Shown: piece by piece, positions 22,781 to 34,879 of the stretch | Numbering within the stretch: the stretch's first letter is position 1 | Layout of the letters: every line of letters starts with the position of its first letter | NCBI GenBank assembly: GCA_030390025.1 | Contig: CM059425.1 | Location: forward strand, 168,394,001 to 168,458,000 | Origin: Squalus acanthias | Lineage: Eukaryota | DNA length: 64,000 nt | Direction: 5' to 3' | Translations under genes and position numbers: made by a program | Notes under the pieces: model-generated | Database searches by the model: none | Told to the model about the DNA's origin: nothing | Seen by the model: only the letters and a program-made list of their open reading frames with translations

Positions 22781-25555
22781 GGCCGAGATTTTGATTGAGG
22801 AGGCGGGTTGACGGCAGGCCCGCTGCTCGGCGTCTTCCCAACCAGCTCCCGGTTGCCGTCGCCCCGCAGTTGAGATTTTACCTTGATTGGCCTCGTTATG
22901 GCCGACGTGCAGGTCCCTCCAGGCAATTGCTTGCAGAGTGTCAGACACTCGCTTCTGAGGACGTGTTGTTTCAGTAAAGATTTAAAGGGGCCATGTCCCC
23001 TTTGCAGAAGCATTAGCTTTTTTCTGTCAAAAGTGCTGGCTGCTGCAGGAGTGGCAGCACAACAAACTAAGGCTGCAGCCAGGTTCAATGAGGGCTCCCT
23101 CCATGCTCTTGTGGAGGAAGTTAGAGGACATCAGGAGCTCCTCTTCCCTGGAAACGGAAGGAGGAGGCCTCCTCAGCAAACTATGGCAGCTTGGTTGCAA
23201 ATTGCTGAGGAGGCGAGTTCGAGGTCTGTGTGCAGACGCACATGGGTTCAGTGTCGAAAAATGTTTAATGATCTGTTGAGATCAGCTAAAGTGAGTATAA
23301 CATCACACTTACCTTCAATCTGCCTTCTGTCTCTTATCATACCCATCAATCTGCATTGGGAACCTTCCCCTGCACATCCCAACTCACTGTAACATCCCTT
23401 GCACCCTCACCCATCCCTCTCTTTCTCTGTACAGAATCACGTCCCCATCTTGATGTGCAACACTCACACCCTTATGCAATGCCTACAACTTAAAATGCAC
23501 AGGGAGGGAAGATGGTTAGTGCACCTCACTCCTTCACAGTCTGCCTCTAAACATCTATGTCATGCATTCTTCATACTCACTCCATCAGTCTCTCTCAAAC
23601 TCCACTTGTGTCCCTCACTACAGGAGAAGAGAGCCCACAATAAAAAGGAGAGGGGGAGGACAGGAGGAGGACCACCATCCCTGGCTCATCTTACGACCGC
23701 TGAGGAGGCAGCCCTGGAGATGCAGAGGAGTTGGCAGTGGGGGACGAAGAGACAGGCATAGAATAGTAAGCTGCTGAGAAAATTGATTTCCAACACTCTG
23801 ATTTAGCAATCATGAGTGACTAATATGGGATATGATGTTCATAGAGAATGAGTACTGAGCATCTGCACAATGGCATGTATCTGCAACCTACATTTCACTT
23901 GTCTAACTCATGCATTTACTCCCCCACAGGACCATCGAGAGCCCGCTCCCCACTGTACAGGAGGAAAAGCAGGAGCACTCCTCAGAGGAGCCACCAGACT
24001 CTGAGGGAGCAGCGTCACCAGCACTCAGCGCACCCAGCACCAGCGCAGAGACGCACACCTCGGTGGGTTTTGTGCGAGATAGAGTAGTGTTGTCACCTGG
24101 TGTATCACAGCTCACAGGTGAGCAGGAGCAGATGTTGGAGGCAGGGACAGCAGTGGAGAGTCCTCGTCAGAGGCCGCAGGGCACTCCTAGCTCTGCTCAG
24201 CTGCATGTAGACGCTGAGCCTCTGGGGCCATCCAGAAGGAGCGCCGTGCTGGAGCTTCAGGAACAAGTGTAGGAGGCTCTGAGTGGGTTTTTTCCACGGT
24301 AACTGCGAGTGTGCAGAGAATGGAGGAGTCCATGCTAAACATGAGCAATGCCATGGTGAACGCTATGGGCAATATAGGTGCTGCAATGGAAAGGATGGCA
24401 ACCTCCATGGAGCACATAAATCGCCAGACTCAGGAGAACATGGTAACACTTCTAAATAGATGGTCATCCATGGAGGATAGATGGGCATCTATTGAGGAGA
24501 GAAACCAGAGGTTCATGGACGTCCTTGTCATGAGGAATGTCAGTTCAGTGACGGGTCCACATGGCCCCACCAATGTGCAGCAAGGTGCTCTCCAGCAACT
24601 TGCTAGCAGTGAAGTGCGGGTGACCCATGAGAGGGACGGTGTTGTACGAGCACAAGAAAGTGGAGGCTTCTCTCCAAGCGCTCACACTCCCTTGCCACTG
24701 CCGAACCCTCGGTCAGAGCCCCATCTGCCTGAGGCAACAGGAATGGCCGAGTCTGCCCCTGCACAGCCGCAGGAGGAGCAGACATTGGCGGGGCCCTCGA
24801 AGGCTCCCAAAACCAGAGGACGGCCGCCAAAGGCATCTAAGCAGGAGCAGCAGGGAAGTGAGCAGCCTGCCACCACATTTGCTGAAGCCACTGGGGTGTC
24901 ACAACATAGAAGCACGTGTAAGAGAAAGATGTCACGTTAGTTATCACAAGGATTCTCACTTGGGTGGTATGATATAATTATTTGAAAAGTTTTTGTTCAT
25001 AGCGATGTTTGTAATAAATTTATGTTGAACCAAGGTTTGACATTGTTGCGGTGACAACTGGAGGTGGCACAGTTTAGGGTAAGTGCGCCTTTAAAATCCA
25101 GCAATGCTGGTTAGAGTGCATCTATTGTGCCCAACACAGACTTGCAGAATTAAAACAGAATCTGCCCCTCAAATGACTCAATCACCAAGCTTAGAGATTT
25201 CTAAATGACGAGATTGAAGACTGCAGCTTTTACACTGCACTTGCAGCTCTAAAGTCTGCAGCTCACTGGTGTTCACGCCTCACTTACCTGGCGTGTTGTC
25301 CGGACGTCGTAAAACCCGACCCAGAAGCTGGAAAATCAAAAAAGACCCTGAAAATTGCTCACAAGTACCTGTTAATAGGCAGTTTATTGCCTTTAATCCG
25401 TTTCCCGCCGCTTGGTGTCAGGTCCATTCGCAAATCAGGGACCCGACACTCGGGAAGGTTGTGTGGAGGCGGGATGAACCCGCCGTCAATCAAAACGACT
25501 TTAACCTCTGACCCGCCTCCAAACCCGCCCTCTGAGCGGCGGTAAATTTGCGGCC
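22781..25555 (+). mobile_element. Non-autonomous Harbinger carrying only the Myb/SANT gene
   Basis: Ends ggccgagattt / aaatttgcggcc with ACT TSD on both sides; three-exon Myb-like gene; no transposase coding recognised. Confidence 0.85.
23051..24940 (+). pseudogene. Harbinger Myb/SANT-like DNA-binding protein gene, 3 exons (about 23051-23290, 23624-23765, 23930-24940), disrupted
   Basis: RFNEGSLHALVEEV...W.QIAEE...RTWVQCRKMFNDL|gtgagt; cag|EKRAHNKKERGRTGGGP; coiled-coil-like QRMEES region. GTG at the expected start, frameshifts and stops. AATAAA at 25013. Confidence 0.82.
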
Positions 25556-26034
25556 ACTGTTTTTGAAAAGCTGTCTTTCAGGTAGGGTTAAAAATCAAAA
25601 GACTAGAGGTCAGGAATGAGGAGCTTGGAAATTGATCACACACAAATCATTTTTGTTTTGATTTCCCAGAGGGTAGTATGGGAAAAAACAAAATACTTTC
25701 TAGAAGCCCATTTTACCTATTCTCCTGGGATTAGACGAGCTACTAGCAAGAGCTGAAACTGTCAGGTCGTACTGCATCAAAATATTTCACCCAGTTAAAA
25801 TGACCAGAGCCAACATCTTAACTGAAAGAATTCTCTGATTTCAGCACAAAAAAGTAATTCTACAAAAAGGGCTGTGAAGAGATATGAGCACATATGTAAG
25901 AGACACCTTGTGTGATGCCTGATTCTCAGAGCCTCCAATCTAGCCTCTTCCATGTCCTTATCCTCCACCTCCTCTTTGTACCATAAGCTGTACGTGACTT
26001 CAACGACATGGAGGAGGTCACATCATGAGCACCA

Positions 26035-26220
26035 AATGCAGGAGTGTTTGAAGCCCTGGATAATGGTGTAGGAGGAGGTGAATGGGCTGGTGTTGCATCT
26101 CCAGCGTTTGCATGGGGTAGGAGTGATGGAAGAGTGAACTGCGCCGTGACGAGAGGAACGGTTCCTTCGGAACGCTGAGAGGGAAGGGGAGGGAAGATAA
26201 GTTTGGTGGTGGGCTTGCGT
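26035..26220 (-). mobile_element. Penelope-like ORF fragment
   Basis: Degenerate RRDRSLR.SLV.S...PC...RC.TCP-like coding preceding the GIY-YIG domain. Confidence 0.5.
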
Positions 26221-26224
26221 TAGA

Positions 26225-26775
26225 ACAACAACACAAACAACTTGTATTTATATAGCGCCTTTAACATAGTAAAACATCCCAAGGTGCTTCACAGGAGTGT
26301 TATAAGACAAAAATTTGGCACAGAGCCACATAAGAAAAAATTAGGGCAGATGACCAAAAGCATGGTCAAAGAGGTAGGTTTTAAGGAGCGTCTTAAAGGA
26401 GGAAAGAGAGGTAGCGAGGCGGAGAGGTTTAGGGAGGGAGTTCCAGAGCTTAGGGCCTAGGCAGCTGAAGGCACGGCCACTGATGGTTGAGTGATTATAG
26501 TCAGGGATGCTCAAGAGGGCAGAATTTGAGGAGCGCAGATATCTCGGGGGGTTGTGGGGCTGAAGGAGATTACAGAGATAGGATGGCTACGATTACATAG
26601 GCAAGAATGCAACCAGGCGAGTGCAGTTCCACCAAGCTGGACGACGTTGGAGAGGTGTTGGAGGAGATGGTATGGTCAACCATGTCAAAGGCTGCAGACA
26701 GGTCAAGTCAGATGAAGAGGGATAGTTTACCTTTGCCACAGTCACAAAGGATGTCATTTGTGACTTTGATGTGAA
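26225..26775 (-). mobile_element. L2 LINE 3' fragment(s)
   Basis: (aac)n tail and L2 3' sequence; LDLSAAFDMVDH RT motif at about 26670-26720. Confidence 0.85.
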
Positions 26776-26794
26776 AATATGGTGGAAGAAGATT

Positions 26795-27835
26795 TTATTT
26801 TCATGGGATGTGGACATCTCTGGCAAGGCCAGCATTTATTGCCCATCCCTAATTGCCTTTGAGAAGGTAGTGGTGAGACACCTTCTTGAACCGCTGAAGA
26901 CCATGTGGTGAAGGTACTTCCACAGTGCTGTTAGGTAGGGAGTTGCAGAATTTCGACCCAGCGACGATGAAGGAACGGCGATATATTTCCAAGTCAAGAT
27001 GATTTGTGACTTGGAAGGGAACTTGGATGTGGTGGTGATCCCAATCCCCTGCTGCCCTTGTCTTCTAGGTAGTAGAGGTTGCGGGTTTGGGAGGTGCTGT
27101 CGAAGAAGCCTTGGTGAGTTGCTGCAGTGCATTTTGTAGATGGTACACAGTGCAGCCACAGTGGTGGAGGGAGTGAATGTTTAAGGTGGTGAATGGGGTG
27201 CCAATCAAGCGGGCTGTTTTGTTCTGGATTGTGTCGAGCTTCTTGAGTGCTGTTGGAGCTGCACTCATCCAAGCAAATGATGGTGGAGCCCAGTATGCAA
27301 GTGCAAAAGACAAGGCTGAAGCATTTGCAATCATCTTCAGCCAAAAGTGCCAAGTGGATGATCCATCTCGGCATCCTCCTGAGGTCCCCACCATCACAGA
27401 AGCCAGTCTTCAGTCAATTCGATTCACTCCACCTGATATCAAGAAACGGCTGAGTGCACTGGATACAGCAAAGGTTATGGGCCCCGACCACTTTCCGCCT
27501 GTCATGCTGAAGACTTGCGCTCCCGAACTAGCTGTGCCTTTAGACAAGCTAGTCCACCTAGAAGGACAAGGGCAGCAGGTGCATGGGAACACCACCACCT
27601 CCAAGTTCCTCTCCAAGTCACACACCATCCTGACTTTGAAGTATATCGCCATTCCTTCATCATCGCTGGGTCAAAATCCCGGAACTCCCTGCCTAACAGC
27701 ACTGTGGGAGTACCTTCACCTCATGGACTGCAGCGGTTCAAGAAGGCGGCTCACCACCACTTTCTCAAGGGCAACTAGGGATGGGCAATAAATGCTGGCC
27801 TTGCCAGTGACGCCCACATCCATGAATGAATTTTA
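26795..27835. mobile_element. Two LINE-B 3' segments in inverted orientation (26795-27275 minus; 27276-27835 plus)
   Basis: Both carry the family 3' tail pointing outward. Confidence 0.85.
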
Positions 27836-27849
27836 AAAAAGAATTAAAA

Positions 27850-29840
27850 ATTGAGGATGGGGTTGTTCATGGAGCCTCCTCATCCTGTTTGTTGTTTTAA
27901 TTGTCCCCCACCATTCATGAGTGGATGTAGCAGGACTGCAGAGCTTTGATCTGATCCATTGGTTGTGAAATCGCTTAGCTCTACTTATAGCATGCTGCTT
28001 CCGCTGTTTAGCATGCATGCAGTCTTGGGTTATATTTTCTAAACCGAATCCAGGGACACACAGAGTGGGAGCACAGCAAAGTAGCCAGGACAGAAAATGT
28101 AGGTTGCGCAGCGTAGTGAGGCAAATTTTTTTTAGCAGGTGTGAGGTTACACTTGACCGCCCTCCCAGTGACTGAGGTCACAACTGACGGCGCCCCAGTG
28201 TCTGGGATTAGCCGACCCCCTTCCCCTAATGACTGTGATCCGGCCCTCCCGCGCGGCCTCTCCCTCACCCGCTCCAGTTGCTGTGCTCCCAAGCACTTCC
28301 GGCGCAGACAATCCAGTAGCACGAGCCTGGGCGGCAACTCAAAGAACCATCGGCACATATGCAGATAGACTGCCCAGTCGTGCATGCGCAGTGAGTCGCT
28401 CTGGCCATTGTTCAAATTGTTGTTTAATTTAGCCTTGGAGCCGCAAACTAAGAGCTCAAGGGGGTACACTCACTAGCCTGGGGTAACACTTCGGGGATGA
28501 ATTTTGTGAACCGGGGACTCTGTTTGCCCGGGAACAAAGTACTTCATCCGGGAATTGTCCCCGGGAAAAGGGGAAGTATGGTCACACTATTGTAGTCCTG
28601 TGTTGCAGCTTTCCCAGGTTGGCACCTCATTTTTAGGTATGCCTGGTGCTGCTCCTGGCATGCTCTTCTACACTCCTCATTGAACCAGGGTTTGTCCCCT
28701 GGCTTGATGTTAATGGTAGAGTGAGGGATATGCCGGGCCATGAGGTTACAGATTGTGGTGGAATACAATTCTGCTGCTGCTGATGGCCCACAGCGCCTCA
28801 TGGATGCCCAGTTTTGAGCTGCTAGATCTGTTCTGAAGCTATCCCATTTAGCACGGTGGTAGTGCCACACAACTCGAGGAAGGGTGTCCTCGGTGTGAAG
28901 ACGGAACTTCGTCTCCACAAGGACTGTGCGGTGCTCATTGCTACCAATACGGTCATGGACAGATGCATCTGCGACGGGTAGATTGGTGAGGACGAGGTCA
29001 AGTAGGTTTTCCCTTGTGATGGTGCTCTCACCAGCTGCCGCAGGCCCAGTCTGGCAGTTATGTCCTTCAGGACACAGCCAGCTCAGTCAGTAAAGGTGCT
29101 AACGAGCCACTCATGGTGATGGACATTGAAGTCCTCCACCCAGAGTACATTCTGTGCCCTTGCTACCCTCAGTGCTTCTTCCAAGTGGTGTTCAACATGG
29201 AGGAGTACTGATTCATCAGCTGAGGGAGGGCGGTACGTGGTAATCAGCAGGAGGTTTCCTTGCCCATGTTTGACCTGATGCTATGAGACTTCCTGGGGTC
29301 CAGAGTCGCTGCTGAGAACTCCCAGGGTCACTCCCTCCCAACTGTATACCACTGTGCCGCCACCACTGGTGGGTCTGTCCTGTCAGTGGGACAGGACATA
29401 CCCAGGGATGGTGATGGAGGAGTCTGGGACGTTGCCTGAAAGGTATGATTCTGTGAGTATGACTATGTCAGGCTATTGCTTGACTAGTCTGTGGAACAGC
29501 TCCCCCAATTTTGGCACAAGTTCCCAGATGTTAGTGAGGAGGAAATTGCAGGGTTGACTGGGCTGGCTGTGCCTTTGCCATGACCGAGTCCGGTGCCTAG
29601 GTCGATGCCAGGTGGTCCATCCGGTTTAATTTTTATTATTGTTTTTCGTAGAGGCTTTGTAAAACTGAGTGGCTTGCTAGTCTATTTCGGAGGGCAGTTA
29701 AAAGTCAATCACATTGTTGTGGGCCTGGAGTCACATATAGGCCAGACCAGGTAAGGACGGCAGATTTCCTTCCCGAAAAAGACCATTAGTGAACCAGATG
29801 GGTTTTTACAACAATCCGATAGTTTCATGATTACCGCTAC
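27850..29840 (-). mobile_element. LINE-B 5' half (5' UTR + endonuclease), interrupted at 28026-28589
   Basis: ORF 28544-28918 (VVWHYHRAKWD...KPWFNEECRRA). The 5' UTR at 29560-29840 is homologous to 11598-11880. Confidence 0.9.
28026..28589. mobile_element. Probable non-autonomous hAT (Blackjack-like) DNA transposon
   Basis: Right end tatggtcacacta resembles a TAGGGTGACCATA-type TIR; subterminal ccggga repeats; diverged flanking duplication tgcagtct / tgtagtcc; interrupts a LINE. Confidence 0.5.
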
Positions 29841-30180
29841 TGTCGAATGCGGAGGCTATACGTATGCAAGGTTAGGACAAGGGGGGCCCTAACATGGCTC
29901 TGAGAGGGAGGAGAAGGGTTGAGGCAGAAGCATAGGAAATGGGACTCAGTCAAGGGCTCTGTCAACCATGGTGGAGGGGAATCCTCGGCTGAGAAAAAAG
30001 GACATTTTGGAAGCTTTGGTGTGAAAGTAGGCATCATGAGAGCAGATGCACCGAGACAGAGAAACTGGGGGAAGGAAATGGAGTCCTTACATGAAGCAGG
30101 CGGAAAGAAGTATATTCCAGGTAGTTCTGGGAGTCAGTGAGCTTGTAATAGATGTCAGTGGACTGCCTATCCCCAAAGAC
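29841..30180 (-). mobile_element. Penelope-like RT fragment
   Basis: GDRQSTDIYYKLTDSQNYLEYTS resembles the Penelope RT thumb motif (YKPTDSH.YL.Y.S). Confidence 0.7.
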
Positions 30181-31223
30181 TATGGTATTCAAGGGGTTAA
30201 TTCCCCCCCCCCACAACATACAGAGCAATTGCTGTACACAAATGAAAAAAATGTCATGACTAATTAATAAACAATCAAAATAACCACACAAGACTGGCAC
30301 ATGCCAACTGCCAGCATTATAATGCTGACAAGCCCAAGCAGTTTTGCCACAACCTTCAGTCCTTGTAATTACCCTCTTAAAAACTCATTCACTCATGAAG
30401 CAGATAAGCATACCAGCTTGTACACAGCTATTAGCATATTCTTATCCCTGTCAGATGAAACTTAACTGACCTTGCACTCAAAATGCGATAACTCTTCCTA
30501 TTTATCTCTAACCTAAGATAACATTCAATGATAATTACAGCAGTTCCAGGCTCAGAGATATTCCTAAATTAATATATAGCTTGTTCATAGTTCACAAAAT
30601 TAGATCTCGTCACAAACAACTGAATTGGCGTCCTTTATTATACTTCTCCAACCATACCATGCCTCCTCCAGTTTCTTGATCAGTCTATTAAGTTTGCATC
30701 CTAGGAAGACTGTTGAGCTATATGTCAAACTCCCTTCTGGACATGAATTTGGTGATCCTGCACAGTTCCCCAATTGCACTGCTTTCTCATTTCCAATGAA
30801 TTAAGACGACTCATTACAGATATCAAACTTTGATTCTTCAGATTATTATAGTAGTAAGTTGTTTCTGTGCTGTAAATACTATGTAAGCTATTGAAACCTT
30901 TGGAATCATAATACCCATCTTAGTATTTTGCTCAACTTACTGTCCATAGCTTATCTCAATGATGTACTTGAAAACTTTAAAGTTACAAAAATTAAAAAGT
31001 TAAAGTTTTCAGTAAGTCCCAGTAAATCAGTTTGTTGAAGCTGCCTGCTAACCATTACATGTAGGACCTGCGGCAAAGTTACATGTATCTGTACATGCAT
31101 CTGGAGGAAAGTTTCTAGTATAGTGGAGCCTTTTTATCATAGATCCATTGATTAACCAGGCTCTGACATTAGAGAAAGGTTGGAATTTTCTATGTCCCTT
31201 CATGAATAGCCATAACATATTAA

Positions 31224-32111
31224 GGGGGAGAAATTCGGTATCGCTCCGTTTGGGGCGCAATTATCGGCCGGGCGCAAAATTTAGCACCTGCCACTAATTA
31301 TCACCTCCGACTGCAAACTTGGCTTCTATCGCCCCTGGAGGTGATTGGAGCGCTAAATCAGGCGCTACACACCTCTCTTAAGGTGCTAAGGCCGAGGAGC
31401 GAGGCACTACCTCAGAGCGCTGGCGAAGCTCATGTGATGTCAGTTAGCAATGGAACACAGACACACTGGCGCCGGCCAGTTCTTAAAGGGGAGGGTCGAT
31501 CTTGCTCTCCATCCACACCCTGCTCATTGCAGCCTTGAATCTCGGCCTGGAGAGACCTGTACATCAATTCTGCTGGAAAGAACGATGGAGAGGCCCAGGG
31601 AAAGAGCTCAGAGTGCAGCCTCCATAGTCTCTTCTAAATCAATGCAAGGAAGGTCAAATCAAAATGAACCCGCAAAGTGCTGCTCAGTACCCAAAACTCC
31701 TTCACACAGCATTGAATCTCTCCAGAAGTCTCTCTCTCTCTGAATGCGTGGTGCAAAGATGTCGCCGACAAAAAAAGTCAGGAAGCAACCGCCTTTAAAT
31801 AGCGCTCCCCCAGTCCCTTCCCAACTGCAAAACATTCCCCTCTACCTGTCGTTGCTAGCGGCAGGCGGAAAGGCAGGGGGCACCACTCAATATCTGGTCC
31901 GGGGCGCTACCGGGGAGTTGCACGCTCGACTGACATCACGATCTGCGGGCGCAGGAGATCGTTGCAATAGTGTTTAGCGCCGCCGCAAAATGTCTGGTCA
32001 ATTTCGTGAGCGGTGCAAGCATCGCTGCGCCCGGGCGCTAGTTGCTTTGTGCCCCATTAGCGCCCTCTTAAGGCGCTAACGGGAGGTGCAAAGCAACCGA
32101 ATTTTTCCCCT
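31224..32111 (+). mobile_element. Harbinger MITE, family B (deletion derivative)
   Basis: TIR gggggagaaattcggt / accgaatttttcccct; TAA TSD. Confidence 0.88.
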
Positions 32112-32454
32112 TAAATGTTTTCTTTGGACTTCTTTCAAGAACAGAATAACGCTATTTTCACAAGAGTAAATGAAATATTCTAACAAAATAACCTAAATGT
32201 TGGTATTTAGAGAAATCAGCAATATTTTCAAGGAAAAAATGTGAAGTGCCAACTCAATAGTCAGAGCTATTGGTGTGCTAGCATAGGAATGGTCAGAAGA
32301 TATTCACATTGACATTCATATCCAACTGTGTTCAATATACTAAGGCTTGGTCATGCTGCCATTTTAAGTCCATTCCAACTAAGAATACTTTGGTATTAAT
32401 AAATCTAATATGATGCAAAATAGAGTAGAGTATACATAAGTAACTTTTTTCAAA

Positions 32455-33520
32455 AAAGTTTCAGTTGTTCTCCCTCCCACATAATTTTCTCGCTCCTCCT
32501 GTGAAGGTGTTGACTCACCTTAGCATAGAGTTCCATGGGTTTGAGCAGCATCCATTACCTCACCCAGTCTTTATGTTATCTCTCCAGTGTAGGATTAGGA
32601 GAAGGGACACTCGCTGATTTTCTGCTTCACAAACTCATGGATACTAACACCAATAATAGCACTGCCACCAGAATTCCGGCTGACATGCGTTTAACTCAAT
32701 AGCTTGGATTTTGCGGTCAGCGGCGAACAAACAGCGCTAGCCATTCATTACACTTACACTTGCCCATCGACTTTCTATGGGCTTTTGGACTGGAACTTGT
32801 GGTGATTAGAAATCCATTTCAGTACAGCAACTGTGTATTTTCTTAACCAATCAGATTGAAGAATCCTTACTGAGCCACGAAGAGTCTGAACCAGGAAGTG
32901 TAAGTTAGATTAATTAATTCAATGCCAAATCATGTACAGAAAGTGAAATAGAGGGAAAGAAAGATGGGATTAAGAGAGAGATAAGAGAGACAGAAAGAAA
33001 GAGTTAAAAAAAATAACAGTTTTTAATATCTCCAACAATAATTAAAATTTGAAGGAATGAGACTTCACACTTGTAAAAGTTAATTTTCAGTGCCAGAGCG
33101 GTTGCTTGGCAGTAATTAAGACTTAACATGCCGTTAAAAAATCATTTACACTTGAATGGACAAGCCTAAACTTTTCTGGTGTGTTTAGTGGGTAACTGGT
33201 GGGTAAGTACCCCAACTTCATGCCCTTCCATGTGTTTCAATGCCAAGTCTCTCGGCGAGATACTGTTATAGTGAAGCTTCTGGAGGGGCAGGTCAACTCA
33301 GATAGCAACTTCCTGATTTCCGCGTTTAAATGCCTATGTGCGGTTACCAGAAGTTGCTGTCCGATTTACTCTTTAATAACGGTGAGCGCTGATAGCCTCA
33401 CCATTATTTTTAGTGCAAAATCTGGGCTAATATTGACCAAGGATCAAACTTATGACATCTTGGTTTGTATAGCTCAGTGCCACACCATGCGATATGTTCA
33501 CCCACTGAATCTTCAGGGAG
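32455..33520 (-). mobile_element. Old tRNA-derived SINE split by a MITE
   Basis: Reverse-complement tRNA-like head at about 33432-33515 and body at about 32455-32697. Confidence 0.45.
32701..33428 (+). mobile_element. Harbinger-type MITE, family C
   Basis: TIR agcttggattttgc / gcaaaatctgggct; AAT TSD. Confidence 0.8.
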
Positions 33521-33728
33521 GCACTGCTTAGTGTTAATTAGCATCAGCTACAAACTTCAAAGAGAGAGAAAAAAATCAAAGGGAAAATGGTTTCTTATGT
33601 CTAAATGCCACAAGTTAGCAGACATCCCTTTCGTTTCTTAGAAACAAATTTGAAACCAGGTTGCATTATCTTCTTGAAACTACCGTAATGTACAAAACTG
33701 AATTCAACAGAATAGTGAACAAAATAAT

Positions 33729-34488
33729 GACCTGGAATTTGCAGTCAGCGGCGAAGCAAAGGCATTTCAGCATTGGCCCCAAAGAAAGCTGCCCACAGAG
33801 ATCACGAGAAGTTTGCCTTTTTCGACGCATAAGTGAGTTCAGTACGGTATAGTGGGGAATCCCTCACACTATCTGCTGTGACGTCAACAAGTTATCTAAG
33901 CAGCCAATCACATTGCAGAATTCCCACAGACAGGGAAACAGGAAATGAGAACCTGCTTTTATCCCGACTTTTTAAAAATGTTACAGACAGCAAAACAAAG
34001 ATTGGCGCTCGCACATGGGGATAATGTAGAACTTGAAATATCATGAACAAACTTCTAAAAAAAAAACATTTTTTTAAAGTTTTTTTAAAATTGTAATTTT
34101 TATCATAATAGAGAAATTTGACACTCCACAAAATTAAAATTTGTTTTTCAGATCCATAACTTTTGTTTAGCAGTCAATACGCTGTTAAAACCCTAGTTAC
34201 ACCGAATCCAACAAGGCTTAAGATTTAATGGGGTATTTAACAGCAATATTACCGCAGAAAGCCCAAGCATTCATCAGTTTCACTTATTTCACTGATTGGC
34301 GGCTATGGGGGCTGGTGGGAGTGGGGGTGCGGGGTGTGGTTGTGGGGGGCACAATGCAGCCAGTGTCGGAGCAGTGAATGACTGACCGCAACTTCAGGAT
34401 TTGCACACTGAGATGCATATGCGCTACGTCCTGAAGTTCCGGTCAGTTTCAAAGGGGTAATAACGGCGAACACATCAAATTCCGGACC
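33729..34488 (+). mobile_element. Harbinger-type MITE, family C relative
   Basis: TIR gacctggaatttg / caaattccggacc; shares the gtcagcggcgaa start and a CCAAT motif with 32701. Flanks AAT/ATT. Confidence 0.72.
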
Positions 34489-34521
34489 ATTATTTTTCTA
34501 AACAAAAGATAAAAAACATAC

Positions 34522-34785
34522 CTCTTACTTCAGCACCGTAATTATACTTGCCACTGGTGAAATGAGGAAGACAAAACACAAGGGATCCCAATCCAAGCAT
34601 AAAAGCTGAGAAAGCCAGCCACCGTGGCTTATGTCCCTTTTGTCCATAGTAAGAGATAAAGAGGGATAAGGCACAGAAGGACATATCATAGCCTGCAGAA
34701 ATCAATCCTGTGAGGAAGCTGTTCAAGTTGTATCGCTTCTCAATTGTAGATATGTTGATGTTCACCAAACCATTCACTAAAATAC
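34522..34785 (-). CDS. SLCO4C1: SLCO4C1/OATP4C1 internal coding exon (equivalent to exon 2), 264 bp
   Basis: ttgcag|GTATTTTAGTG...GTAAGAG|gtatgt. Encodes GILVNGLVNINISTIEKRYNLNSFLTGLISAGYDMSFCALSLFISYYGQKGHKPRWLAFSAFMLGLGSLVFCLPHFTSGKY, typical of the OATP4C N-terminal TM region. Phase 1-1. Confidence 0.95.
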
Positions 34786-34879
34786 CTGCAACATAAAGAA
34801 TATTTATTATTTTAAAGATATAAAAGCAGGGACTATGTTCCACCAATAATAATATCCAGCATGACAAGAACAACATCAT

